Shown here piece by piece: positions 41,290 through 52,866 of a DNA stretch of 64,000 nt. The DNA is from Macrostomum lignano (Eukaryota). Position 1 is the stretch's first letter; each line of letters starts with the position of its first letter. A program made the translations under genes and the position numbers. A model generated the notes under the pieces. That model did no database searches. It was not told where the DNA came from and was given only the letters and a program-made list of their open reading frames with translations. The DNA is taken from assembly GCA_002269645.1 (NCBI GenBank), contig NIVC01000654.1, forward strand, positions 127,009 through 191,008. Reading direction: 5' to 3'.

Positions 41290-42300
41290 TCTCTTCTTTC
41301 TCCTCACTAATTACTCCTCTCTACACTTTCATCTCTCTCATCTCTGATCTTTCATCTCTCTTCTCCCTCCTCTCTCCCTTCTCTCGCTTCTCTCTCTCCT
41401 CTATTCCTACTCTTCTCGCTTATCTCTTCTCTCTCATATCTCATCTCTACTCCCTTATTTATCTCTTCTCCCTCGCCTTTCGTCTGTACCCTCTCCTGTC
41501 TACTCTCATATCTTCTCTCTTATCTCTCCCTTTTCTCTCCTCTCTCATATCTCATCTCTACTCACTTATCTATCGTCTCCGCTCTACTTTCTCTCTTCCC
41601 TTTTCTCTCTTCTCTCTGCTTTCATTACTCGTATCTCTTATACGCTCTCACCCTCTCCTTTCTTATCTACCATCTTTCTTCCCTTTCTACTGCATCACCT
41701 GTCTCCTCTCCTCTCTTTTCTCTCCTCTCCATTCCCTCTTCTCTCCTCTTATCTCCCCTCATCTCTTCTCTAATCTCTCCTCTCTCCTCTCTCATATCTC
41801 TTCTCTACTCACTTATCTATTCTCTCTCCCCTTTTACACTTTCCTATATGCTCTCACTCTCACCCTCTCCTTTCTTATATCCTGTTTTTTTACACTCTTT
41901 TCTATCACCTGTCTCCTCTCGTTTCTCTCCTCTCTGCACTCTCATCTTTACCCTCTTCTTTCTCCTCACTACTTTCTTCTCTTGAATCTCTGATCTCTGA
42001 TCTTTCATCTCTCTCCTCTCACCTCTCACCTCTCTTCTCTCTTTCCTCTCTTTTATTGCCTCTGTACGCTCTTATCCCTCCTTTCTTTTCTCTCCTGTCT
42101 CCTCTCTGCTATCTCATATCTCCTCTCTCATATCCTCTCCCTTCATCTCCTCTCTCCTCTTCTCTTTTCTCTTCCTTCGTTCCCGCCTTACTCCCCTCTT
42201 CTCTCCCATCTGTCATGTCTAATCTCTCCATTCATTTCTACTCTGTTTTCTATCATCTCATCTCTCTTCTCTTTTCATTCTTCTCTTTACTCTCTTCTCT
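41290..42300. repeat. ~1-kb CT-rich polypyrimidine low-complexity tract (second copy ~44410..45470), followed by a degenerate 30-bp ATCGAAATCCTCTCCGTGAAACTGAACATC repeat
   Basis: Direct inspection. Confidence 0.85.
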
Positions 42301-42730
42301 GACTGATTGAAGATGCCAAATCCATCAAGATCCTCTCCGCGAAGCAGAAAAATCCTGTCCGTGCAACTGAAAACCATCGAAATCCTCTCCGTGAAACTGG
42401 ACTCCTTCGAAATCCTCTCCTTGAAACTTAAATCCATCAAAATGGTCTCCATAAAACAGAAATCAATCATAAATTATCTCCGCGAAACAGAAATCCTCTC
42501 CGTGAAGCTGAACATCATCGAAATCCTCTCCGTGAAACTGAACATCATCGAAATCCTTTCCACGAAAGTGAACGCCATCGAAATCCTCTCCACGAAACTG
42601 AACACCATCGAAATCCTCTCCACGAAACAGAAATCCTCTTCGTCAAAATTAAAACATTGAAATCGTCTCCGCTAAACTGGACTCAATCGAATTTTTTCCG
42701 TCAAACAACTCAACTCTCCGGATTCATTGG

Positions 42731-42752
42731 TTAGGGTTAGGGTTAGGGTTAG
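42731..42752 (+). repeat. interstitial telomeric repeat (TTAGGG)3 TTAG
   Basis: Direct inspection. Confidence 0.8.
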
Positions 42753-45700
42753 AACTACGCACAGGTTTGTGTTAAAAGGCACTGATAAAAATATTGAACT
42801 AATTGAATCAATTCATTGCGCAACTGATTTCACAGTCAGTCAGTCAATCTAAATCAACCCTCCAATACACAGCAGCAGTGAGAAGTTGAACCCTCCCCCA
42901 ACTTTATCTATTACGTCTCGCAAAACTGAGTACAATTTTTGCAGAAAGTTAAAAGTATGGAAATAGTTTTTCAAATGCTGTGCTTTTTCTTTTCATATTT
43001 AAAGCAAACAACTTATATCCCCGAACTCAGCGTTGCAAGATCTTTCCAGCAATATAAGTTTCTCCTCTCAAAGTTTAAAACTCGAGGAACAGTTAGCGTT
43101 TGAAATTTACCGATTTCCCGACTTCTTGCTAGAGAAGCTCGCAAGTTTATTCATTGAATTTCACTGCCCAGCTAATACACAGGGCCGATAATAAAACCAA
43201 TTGAATCTCGGCACAGTTCTATCTATCTTTTTACACTGTACAACAGCTATGTACACTCAGTCCAAGCCCAACCCCCGTTACGGGGGAAGCATTAAATTTA
43301 ACTCAACCCGCCAACACGCGGGGGGTTTTATTTGCATTGAACGTAGAACACGCGCACCCACCACCCCTCAATACACAGCGGCCCGCGGGCGGAGGTTGGG
43401 GTGGCTATTTTTACAAACTGGCTGAAGCCCCAGGCAGAGTGGCAAAAGAAGGTTATTGGGGGTCAAAAAAGCAGTTTACACTGCGGTGATTCATTTATTT
43501 AATCTCAATATTATCTCCAGCCAATCACTCAATATGAAAATCAGTCTATAGCCCATGCACCTCCCCAAATGCACAGGGAGAGTCTAGGCTTGTGCATTGC
43601 ACAGTCAGAATTGAAATTAATGAAACCCCTCCCCAGCCACTTAACGTTTTCACAATTGAAATCAAGAAATTTTCTATGACAAATTGCTCTGATGCAGTTG
43701 AGATTTCGGAACAGAAAATTATACCATTCTGTTCAGTTTTTCAAACTCTTTCCAACGGTGTGATTCACTTTTCTGTAGCTTGAAAATTAAAAGCAGAAAT
43801 TAAGGTGCAAGTTTTCCCGTTTCTTACTTGCAGAGCGCAATGTACACTCTGTGATGAGTTAAAAAATCAAGCCATCCATTCTCGCGCAGTGTGCACCTCC
43901 ACCCCTTTTTAACACTGAGCAAGTAGGCCGCCAATTCTCAAGTGCCGGCGACCCTCCCCCAGCTGAAATGAAATACACTGCAGAGATAGGAGAAAAGTTG
44001 TGGCGCAACCATACAAAATAGCGTCAAGTGGGAAGTCCATGGAATGCGATAGACATAGACATCTGGTTTGTGCTGTTTTCTGCTTTTTTGAAGCACTTAA
44101 AATTGAAATTTGAAAATGAATTTTAAATTGTAGCATCGTCGGGACATTTGACATGTTTTGGTACCGGTTTGAAAGTTGAGTTGCAAGAATCCTAGGAGGA
44201 GATCGTCGACAAACCCGGCCCACCGGCCCGCCCACCCTACCACCGGACCACGACGTCAGCTTTAGTATATACGAGTGGAACTCCTCCTCTGGAGGAGAAA
44301 GGGGAAGAACTCCCATCACCGGAATTCTGAAGGGGAAGAACTCCTATCAGCTGAAATTCAATGAATTGAATCCCATCTTCCAAATCATCTCCAAATCCTC
44401 TACAATCTATCAACTCCCATCTCTCATCTCTTGCGCCCTGCGCTCTGATTTTTATTTTTACTCTCTTCTTTCTACTCACTAATTACTCCTCTCTACACTT
44501 TCATCTCTCTCATCTCTGATCTTTCATCTCTCTTCTCCCTCCTCTCTCCCTTCTCTCGCTTCTCTCTCTCCTCTATTCCTACTCTTCTCGCTTATCTCTT
44601 CTCTCTCATATCTCATCTCTACTCCCTTATTTATCTCTTCTCCCTCGCCTTTCGTCTGTACCCTCTCCTGTCTACTCTCATATCTTCTCTCTTATCTCTC
44701 CCCTTTTCTCTCCTCTCTCATATCTCATCTCTACTCACTTATCTATCGTCTCCGCTCTACTTTCTCTCTTCCCTTTTCTCTCTTCTCTCTGCTTTCATTA
44801 CTCGTATCTCTTATACGCTCTCACCCTCTCCTTTCTTATCTACCATCTTTCTTCCCTTTCTACTGCATCACCTGTCTCCTCTCCTCTCTTTTCTCTCCTC
44901 TCCATTCCCTCTTCTCTTATCTCCCCTCATCTCTTCTCTAATCTCTCTTCTCTCCTCTCTCATATCTCTTCTCTACTCACTTATCTATTCTCTCTCCCCT
45001 TTTACACTTTCCTATATGCTCTCACTCTCACCCTCTCCTTTCTTATATCCTGTTTTTTTACACTCTTTTCTATCACCTGTCTCCTCTCGTTTCTCTCCTC
45101 TCTGCACTCTCATCTTTACCCTCTTCTTTCTCCTCACTACTTTCTTCTCTTGAATCTCTGATCTCTGATCTTTCATCTCTCTCCTCTCACCTCTCACCTC
45201 TCTCCTCTCTTTCCTCTCTTCTATTGCCTCTGTACGCTCTTATCCCTCCTTTCTTTTCTCTCCTGTCTCCTCTCTGCTATCTCATATCTCCTCTCTCATA
45301 TCCTCTCCCTTCATCTCCTCTCTCCTCTTCTCTTTTCTCTTCCTTCGTTCCCGCCTTACTCCCTCTTCTCTCCCATCTGTCATGTCTAATCTCTCCATTC
45401 ATTTCTACTCTGTTTTCTATCATCTCATCTCTCTTCTCTTTTCATTCTTCTCTTTACTCTCTTCTCTGACTGATTGAAGATGCCAAATCCATCAAGATCC
45501 TCTCCGCGAAGCAGAAAAATCCTGTCCGTGCAACTGAAAACCATCGAAATCCTCTCCGTGAAACTGGACTCCTTCGAAATCCTCTCCTTGAAACTTAAAT
45601 CCATCAAAATGGTCTCCATAAAACAGAAATCAATCATAAATTATCTCCGCGAAACAGAAATCCTCTCCGTGAAGCTGAACATCATCGAAATCCTCTCCGT

Positions 45701-45867
45701 GAAACTGAACATCATCGAAATCCTCTCCACGAAAGTGAACGCCATCGAAATCCTCTCCACGAAACAGAAATCCTCTTCGTCAAAATTAAAACATTGAAAT
45801 CGTCTCCGCTAAACTGGACTCAATCGAATTTTTTCCGTCAAACAACTCAACTCTCCGGATTCATTGG

Positions 45868-45895
45868 TTAGGGTTAGGGTTAGGGTTAGGGTTAG
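45868..45895 (+). repeat. interstitial telomeric repeat (TTAGGG)4 TTAG
   Basis: Direct inspection; paralog of 42731. Confidence 0.8.
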
Positions 45896-46884
45896 AACTA
45901 CGCACAGGTTTGTGTTAAAAGGCACCGATAAAAATATTGAACTAATTGAATCAATTCATTGCGCAACTGATTTCACAGTCAGTCAGTCAATCTAAATCAA
46001 CCCTCCAATACACAGCAGCAGTGAGAAGTTGAACCCTCCCCCAACTTTATCTATTACGTCTCGCAAAACTGAGTACAATTTTTGCAGAAAGTTAAAAGTA
46101 TGGAAATAGTTTTTCAAATGCTGTGCTTTTTCTTTTCATATTTAAAGCAAACAACTTATATCCCCGAACTCAGCGTTGCAAGATCTTTCCAGCAATATAA
46201 GTTTCTCCTCTCAAAGTTTAAAACTCGAGGAACAGTTAGCGTTTGAAATTTACCGATTTCCCGACTTCTTGCTAGAGAAGCTCGCAAGTTTATTCATTGA
46301 ATTTCACTGCCCAGCTAATACACAGGGCCGATAATAAAACCAATTGAATCTCGGCACAGTTCTATCTATCTTTTTACACTGTACAACAGCTATGTACACT
46401 CAGTGGCGTATCCAAGGGGGGGGATGGGGGGGATACATCCCCCCCCGAAGGGCTGAAGAAAAAAATTTAGGTAATGAATTTTTTACACTTTTGCTTATTT
46501 TATCAGTGACTGGAGTGACGGGAGCCTGCCTGCCAAATGCCACTGCCAGTAAATGTACGAGCAGATTACAGAATAGTGAGAATACAGATGGCATAATGAG
46601 ATTTGAAAAGACCCTTGCCCTTCATTTAGAGTTAAGTTCCTCAACTCTAAGTTCCTTGCCGGGGGGAGGGGGCAAGTGGGACGGGCGGGGGGAGGGTTGA
46701 AGGAAGGAAGCTAGCTATTTTTCAATTCCTGCCCTGTCTTATAGATCATATGTACTATCATACTATGTATGTACATTAACATTTCCTTCCAATCTGTGGG
46801 CTAGCTTAGCTGTGGTTAACATGTTTTAAAGGCCCTGCCCCAGCCCAGGCCTAGCACAAACCACGAATTAAAAAGCTAACCAAT

Positions 46885-48639
46885 ATGGCTCCACCTCCAA
46901 GCAAACAACTGAAGCTTGATCAGTTCTTTAGAGCTTGTACTCCTCCGGCTCCTATGCAGCAACAACAATTACAAAACGAGGACCAACATCAATCAGCTCC
47001 TGTTCCTGAAGAGATTATTCTCAATGACGACAATGACAGTGACTGCCATCCTAATAGTGACACTGACAGTACTAATAGAAGTTCTACTTCTGCGACTGCA
47101 ACTGCAGAACCTCAATGCCAAGACCTACCAGCACAACCACCAGCAGCAGCAGCTATAGAGCCTACAGCTACAGGATTAGCTGGAATTGCCTCTCGTGATA
47201 TTGATGATGCTGTACAACTGCGCATCCAAGGCAAGCTGACTGCCGAAATTCGACGGCTCTTCATGAAAGAAACATTAAAGGTTTCTGTGGAATACGAGCT
47301 ACCTTTCACAGAGGGAGCAAAGCAGAAATTTAGACTGAATCACCATCACCTTAATGGGGCAAACAGCTGCTTCTACTTTTCGCCAAGGAAACAAGGTGTT
47401 TACTGCCTGCCGTGTGTTCTTTTTGCACCATCGACTGGCGCAGGCCAGAAGAACAATCAAGAGTTAGGCAGACTGGTCACTATTCCAGTTACTAACTTTA
47501 AGATCACTGACTTCTACTCTAAGCATCGAGACTGCCAGTACCATGCGCAAGCATGTGACGCATTCCAAAAAGTTCTGCAGCAAGAAGAATCTAGTGATAT
47601 ATTGGCGCAGCTAAAGACAACTGCCCATGCAGCTCTTCAGGACAACAGGTACATCTTCAAGGCTGTTCTACATGCTATTGAGTACCTTGGTCGCACAAAC
47701 CAGGGTCTTCGTAGCCATCGAGAAGATGTTGGGCGGCTTAGGCTTCCAGACGAACCCGAACTTGTTGATTACACACAAGGTAATCTACGTGCCCTTTTGC
47801 AGAGAGATGCTCTAAAGGATAGCAAGCTGGCTACACTGCTCCAAAATAGGCCTTTAAACTCTACTGGTCTGTCACCTGTTGTACAGAACAGGATGATTGA
47901 GTGTATTGAAGCTGTAGTTATTCATGACGTAGTTAAGCCAATCAAGTCATTCTACGCCATAATTGCTGATGGAACTAGCGATATATCCCGTAAGGAGCAG
48001 CTGTCGATTAACATACGCTATGTTGACGAAAGTGGAAATGTCCAAGAACGCTTTATTGGTTTCGTTGAACTCAAGAAGCAAGATTCAGCGGCAATTGTCG
48101 ATGCCATTAACCAGAAGCTCGATATTCTTCAGCTTGACAAAGATCGGCTTGTTGCCCAAGGCTATGATGGTGCCTCTGTCATGAGTGCTGAAGGAGGAGT
48201 TCAGGGCCGGATACGAAGAACTTGTCCAAATGCAGTCTATGTACATTGCTTCAGTCACTGCCTGAACCTGTGCATTAAGGCTGCAGTGGATGGCCGGCAC
48301 GGCATTCGAGAACTCAAGGCTGCATTTGCAACAATTGATGCTGCATCAAATCACTTCTCACATTCTTCCGTAAGAACGCAGCAATTTTCTGAAGTTGTGG
48401 CAAGAAGTCAGAATAACTCAACAAAAAAAACACGACTAAAGCGGTTCTGTCCCACGCGCTTCATTGATGGCCTGGATAGTGTGTTTAACTTTCTCGAACT
48501 CTTTGATGCAGCAGTAGAGTACTTCAATGATGCTGACCAGTCAGTGTACAATAACATTGTCAATCCGGTGACAATTGTGGCACTGCACGTTCTTCAGGCC
48601 TTGCTTGGTGCAATACGCGGTCTTGCAGTTGTGCTTCAG
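46885..48639 (+). CDS. hAT transposase exon 1 (585 codons)
   Basis: C2H2-like region (CLPC...H...H), DUF4371-type motifs IIADGTSD, QGYDGASVMS and YVHCFSHCLNL. Phase-0 donor CAG|GTAAGA at 48640. Confidence 0.88.
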
Positions 48640-48932
48640 GTAAGAGGCACCTACAACAAATGCAATAAAAATATAATTTTACAGATAAAATACATGTATG
48701 TGCTATGTGTATCAATAACAATATCAAATATAAAGTACTGGTTTCCTCACCTATCAATATCTAGCTTATATAATACCAGTATGTATGGTGTATATTTTAC
48801 ATGAGAGTGTTGATTACGTAGTAGCAGTACATAACATGTACGTATTTGAGGTACTTACAATGGTATATTCAAGGTACAGCAAACAAGCAAATACTAAATT
48901 ATATATGCTTTGTCTATGCATCTTTATTTCAG

Positions 48933-49712
48933 GGAAAGGCAATGGATCTTATTGCTGCCAGTGAGGAGGCCGATCGCATTCTCCGTCTCTTGAAGGCTTG
49001 GCGTAGTGACTGTGAAGATGCCAAATTCAAGGAAGTCTTTGCCGCAGCTGAGGAACTTCACAAGAAGCACCACGGAGATCAGCCAATTCCAGATAAGTAT
49101 CGGGCATCAGCATCCCATCGCAGCCAACATCGTAGCAATGCCCAAGGCGCTAGTGTTTCTGATACATTCAAGCTGAACATCTGGTATCCAGCCCTTGATC
49201 TAATAATTATTGAACTCAGCGAGCGCTTTTCTAAGTCGGCCAAGGTTGCCATGCAAATGGCAAAGCTGCTACCGGCTTTTTGTGCAGGCCCTGACTCAGC
49301 TGAGTCTACTCTAGCAGCAGCCAAAGCATTCGAGGAGTATGCGGCATTTTTAGATATGCCTGCAGTTTGCCTGGCAGAATTCGAACGCTGGCAAGCATTC
49401 TGCTGCGATTTGCCAGAAACTGAGCGAAATGATATGACCATCTCACAAGCAATCAAGCGGTGCAATCCTAGCTTGTGGCCAAATGTCTGCAAACTGCTGA
49501 CAATCTTCCTTACGACTCCAGTCACAACATGCACTGCTGAAAGGTCATTCAGCACCTTGCGCCTTCTGAAGACGTATACCCGATCAACCATGGGCGAACG
49601 CCGGCTTAATGGACTTGCCCTACTGGCTGTTCACAAAGATATCCTGCTTGACTACAATCGAGTAGTCGAGGAGTACTCACGGAGGTTTGACCCGCGGCTC
49701 CGTCTACTTTAA
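48933..49712 (+). CDS. hAT transposase exon 2; spliced product ~844 aa
   Basis: Acceptor TTTATTTCAG|GGA at 48932/48933, in frame. C-terminal dimerisation domain PVTTCTAERSFSTLRLLKTYTRSTMGERRLNGLALLAVH. Confidence 0.88.
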   Translation, partial: GKAMDLIAASEEADRILRLLKAWRSDCEDAKFKEVFAAAEELHKKHHGDQPIPDKYRASASHRSQHRSNAQGASVSDTFKLNIWYPALDLIIIELSERFSKSAKVAMQMAKLLPAFCAGPDSAESTLAAAKAFEEYAAFLDMPAVCLAEFERWQAFCCDLPETERNDMTISQAIKRCNPSLWPNVCKLLTIFLTTPVTTCTAERSFSTLRLLKTYTRSTMGERRLNGLALLAVHKDILLDYNRVVEEYSRRFDPRLRLL

Positions 49713-51289
49713 GCCATGGACTCAATGACTCATAATCATGCAAAAGTAATGTAATATTGTAATTTGAATTTAAATTTTACTAAAAATTTTCTAACTTGCC
49801 ATCTTGTATCAATCATATTTCTATTTTTTAATTTCTATGGCCTATTGTACTACTTGTTATTTCTGATTTACATGTACATGTAAACGTAAAATTGTAGTGG
49901 TGAATGTCTGGTGAATTATTCATACTCATAGTTTAATACTTAATAGTTTATCCAAATTATTATCCTACTTATCCAAGTTTGAATTTGCTTATCTGATTAG
50001 CTAATTAACTGGAATAGAATGCATAGCTGGTCGACTTTTTACACGCTCAATAAAATAAACAATGATTGATGTTGATGTCTCATCCTTAGTAGCAACATTT
50101 AATTGAGTTAAACTTGGAGAGGTCCGGTCCTCATCAATTTTGTTTTATACGAGTACAATAAGGATAAAAGAAAAACGAAAATAGAGTGCAATCGTTTTCA
50201 AAAGTACTTTTGCATCCCCCCCCGAAACAAAATCCTGGTTACGCGCCTGTGTACACTCAGTCCAAGCCCAACCCCCCGTTACGGGGGAAGCATTAAATTT
50301 AACTCAACCCGCCAACACGCGGGGGGTTTTATTTGCATTGAACGTAGAACACGCGCACCCACCACCCCTCAATACACAGCGGCCCGCGGGCGGAGGTTGG
50401 GGTGGCTATTTTTACAAACTGGCTGAAGCCCCAGGCAGAGTGGCAAAAGAAGGTTATTGGGGGTCAAAAAAGCAGTTTACACTGCGGTGATTCATTTATT
50501 TAATCTCAATATTATCTCCAGCCAATCACTCAATATGAAAATCAGTCTATAGCCCATGCACCTCCCCAAATGCACAGGGAGAGTCTAGGCTTGTGCATTG
50601 CACAGTCAGAATTGAAATTAATGAAACCCCTCCCCAGCCACTTAACGTTTTCACAATTGAAATCAAGAAATTTTCTATGACAAATTGCTCTGATGCAGTT
50701 GAGATTTCGGAACAGAAAATTATACCATTCTGTTCAGTTTTTCAAACTCTTTCCAACGGTGTGATTCACTTTTCTGTAGCTTGAAAATTAAAAGCAGAAA
50801 TTAAGGTGCAAGTTTTCCCGTTTCTTACTTGCAGAGCGCAATGTACACTCTGTGATGAGTTAAAAAATCAAGCCATCCATTCTCGCGCAGTGTGCACCTC
50901 CACCCCTTTTTAACACTGAGCAAGTAGGCCGCCAATTCTCAAGTGCCGGCGACCCTCCCCCAGCTGAAATGAAATACACTGCAGAGATAGGAGAAAAGTT
51001 GTGGCGCAACCATACAAAATAGCGTCAAGTGGGAAGTCCATGGAATGCGATATATAGACATCTGGTCTGGCTGTCTGGTTTGTGCTGTTTTCTGCTTTTT
51101 TGAAGCACTTAAAATTGAAATTTGAAAATGAATTTTAAATTGTAGCATCGTCGGGACATTTGACATGTTTTGGTACCGGTTTGAAAGTTGAGTTGCAAGA
51201 ATCCTAGGAGGAGATCGTCGACAAACCCGGCCCACCGGCCCACCCTACCACCGGACCACGACGTCAGCTTTAGTATATAGAGAGAAGAG

Positions 51290-51520
51290 AAGATGACTTA
51301 GGGCCTACAGAGCCATATGTATGTGATTCTGCGTATAGCGTCTATGGGCTTCGACGAGCTCTCGATGTGCAATCAATAGCAGACTTAAGCAATGACGACT
51401 TGGTGTTAAGATTCCTCCGGTTAGCCCGCCCAGAGTGGCTCTTATCGGGGAACTCATTTCCGACGACACACAACAACAGCAACAGCGATAGCATCAGCAT
51501 CAGCAGCAACAAAAACAACA
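51290..51520 (+). mobile_element. 3' end fragment of a LINE with a (CAA/CAG)n tail
   Basis: Reading ..LRRALDVQSIADLSNDDLVLRFLRLARPEW resembles the C-terminus at 56530-56600 (LEDLADGDLVARFLDCL) and is followed by ACAACAACAGCAACAGC. Confidence 0.45.
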
Positions 51521-51623
51521 CCCACCGGACTCTATGTGTGGCGTGGTCTACGACCCACCGTAGCTCCTACTTGGCGCCGCGTCTACGTCGCGGAGGGGAG
51601 ACACTTTTCCTGGCGGCGGTTGA

Positions 51624-52730
51624 AGATCGCGCCATAAATCGGACACCATAAAGCGTCCTACAGGCGCGCTTGTTTGCATCGAAAAGGAGCACGTATCGGT
51701 TTTTACACCGGGGAAGTTGGCAAACCGGCCCAACATCTCCGGCCCCCAACAGCAGAAGAGCGGTGAGTTGGTGCATGTTGAGACCAACCCCGGACCTGCA
51801 ACCTGCTGCAGCCACCCGAACTGCGGACGCCTCATTCGTGGCAGGTTCTTCAACTGCAAGGTTGTGACCACCGACTCGACCACCAACCGGCTGATCCGAC
51901 CACCCCATCAGCCGAGGAGCACCCTGGCTGTGGGGAATCTCAGCTTTGCCGCATCCGGCAGGAGAAACCCAAATGCAACCATTGTCGTTAACATGGCGTC
52001 AGCACCATTATCGACTGCTTTAACTCTTGCGAGGGCTTCTACCATAACGCATGTACGATGGCCATGCGCGATCAGATCAAGAAAGAAATTAGCCGTAGGC
52101 TCTGAAGGTGCAGCTCCTGCGCGGAAGCCGCCCGCCCCATTCGTCGCGTTGAAGGTGAGAACCATCATCTTGAACACCCCAGCGTTGACAGCTGGCTCCG
52201 GTGCTTCCACCGTGAGGTAAGATCCTGGTTGGTGATTTCAACTTACTCCACCACGCCTGGGGCAGCGACCCTGATCAAGGACCTGAGGGTGCCGCTCAAG
52301 CTCGCTGTTTGGTTCACTGGTGTAACTCCACAGGTTACCGCATCCTCAACACGGGATGATACTGCAACTGGCGGCCGCTTACCGAGCTTGGATCTGACCA
52401 TCGGCCTATCCTGGTAACGGTGCGGGAGTAACGAAAAATCCTTGCACCGTTCCCCATCTCAACTGGTCATAGAAAAAGGCGGACTGGGCCGCCTACCAGA
52501 CCCTTCTCGCTGCGGATTCCGATCATCTGAACCGTGGCTCAACCAAGAAGCCCAAGCAGCCATTCCGCTTATAAAAAGGTGTCGAAAAAGAATAAGCCCT
52601 ATTAGGACGATGAGCTCAGCGCGCTCCGCAACACCCGTAATCCGCAAAGAAAGCCGATTTCTGGCAGGACTACGGCACAAAATGTCCAACTCTTCCGACT
52701 TCAAGCAGGTTTGGCGGACGACTAAAAGAT
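51624..52730 (+). pseudogene. decayed 5' part of an APE-type non-LTR retrotransposon: 2A-like peptide (partly inverted), PHD finger(s), start of endonuclease, linker
   Basis: VETNPGP at 51777-51797. PHD-like KCNHCR*HGVSTIIDCFNSCEGFYHNAC...*RCSSC at 51971-52120. Frameshifted SWNGAG at ~52409. PWLNQEAQAAI linker. Stops and frameshifts throughout. Confidence 0.6.
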
Positions 52731-52754
52731 AGAAACTATAAATAAATAGGGAAT

Positions 52755-52866
52755 GCAAAATGTAGGTTAGGATTTATAAAAAATATGTCGTTTTACGTCC
52801 CAGTATTGACTAGTTCTTGATTCACAGTCTCAATCAAACGGCACTCGCACAAGCCGCCTCTCAAGC
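52755..52866 (-). pseudogene. 3'-terminal remnant of a paralog of the 57743 lectin gene (LRGGLCEC + 3'UTR)
   Basis: AAATGTAGGTTA.GATTTATAAAAAA and TTCACAG.CTCAATCAAA..GCA.TCGCACAAGCC.CCTCTCAAG are shared with 57670-57790. Confidence 0.65.

Larger units (their letters stand above)
41103..44274 (-). mobile_element. ~3.17-kb element (family 2, Helitron-like), copy A of a tandem pair
   Basis: Near-identical to 44275..51281 once the hAT is removed. Minus-strand 5' end TC(G)TATATACTAAAGC; 3' end has hairpin CTCCTCC-AGA-GGAGGAG followed by TTCCAC. Confidence 0.55.
46401..50249 (+). mobile_element. full-length hAT DNA transposon (Tip100/ZMYM1-like), 3849 bp
   Basis: 8-bp TSD TGTACACT at 46393-46400 and 50250-50257. 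Imperfect TIRs CAGTGGCGTATCCA / CAGGCGCGTAACCA with subterminal G/C runs. The empty site is at 43250-43257. Confidence 0.93.
44275..51281 (-). mobile_element. family 2 element copy B, interrupted by a hAT transposon
   Basis: Paralogous ORFs and sequence at offsets of ~3.14-3.17 kb before the hAT and ~7.0 kb after it. Confidence 0.55.

Noticed and set aside
48640-48932. C-terminal tail of ORF 46885..48804 and N-terminus of ORF 48846 as coding
   Set aside because: This is AT-rich intron read-through with perfect phase-0 splice sites.
51520-51640. HDV-like ribozyme at the 5' end of the 2A element (GCG-TCTACGT-CGC resembles P3/L3; TGGCGC/GCGCCA could be P2)
   Set aside because: P1 would be only ~4 bp, there is no C-N-A-A J4/2 before the P2 3' strand, and 51611-51634 folds better as a local hairpin. 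An Infernal or RNArobo search on the family consensus would settle it.
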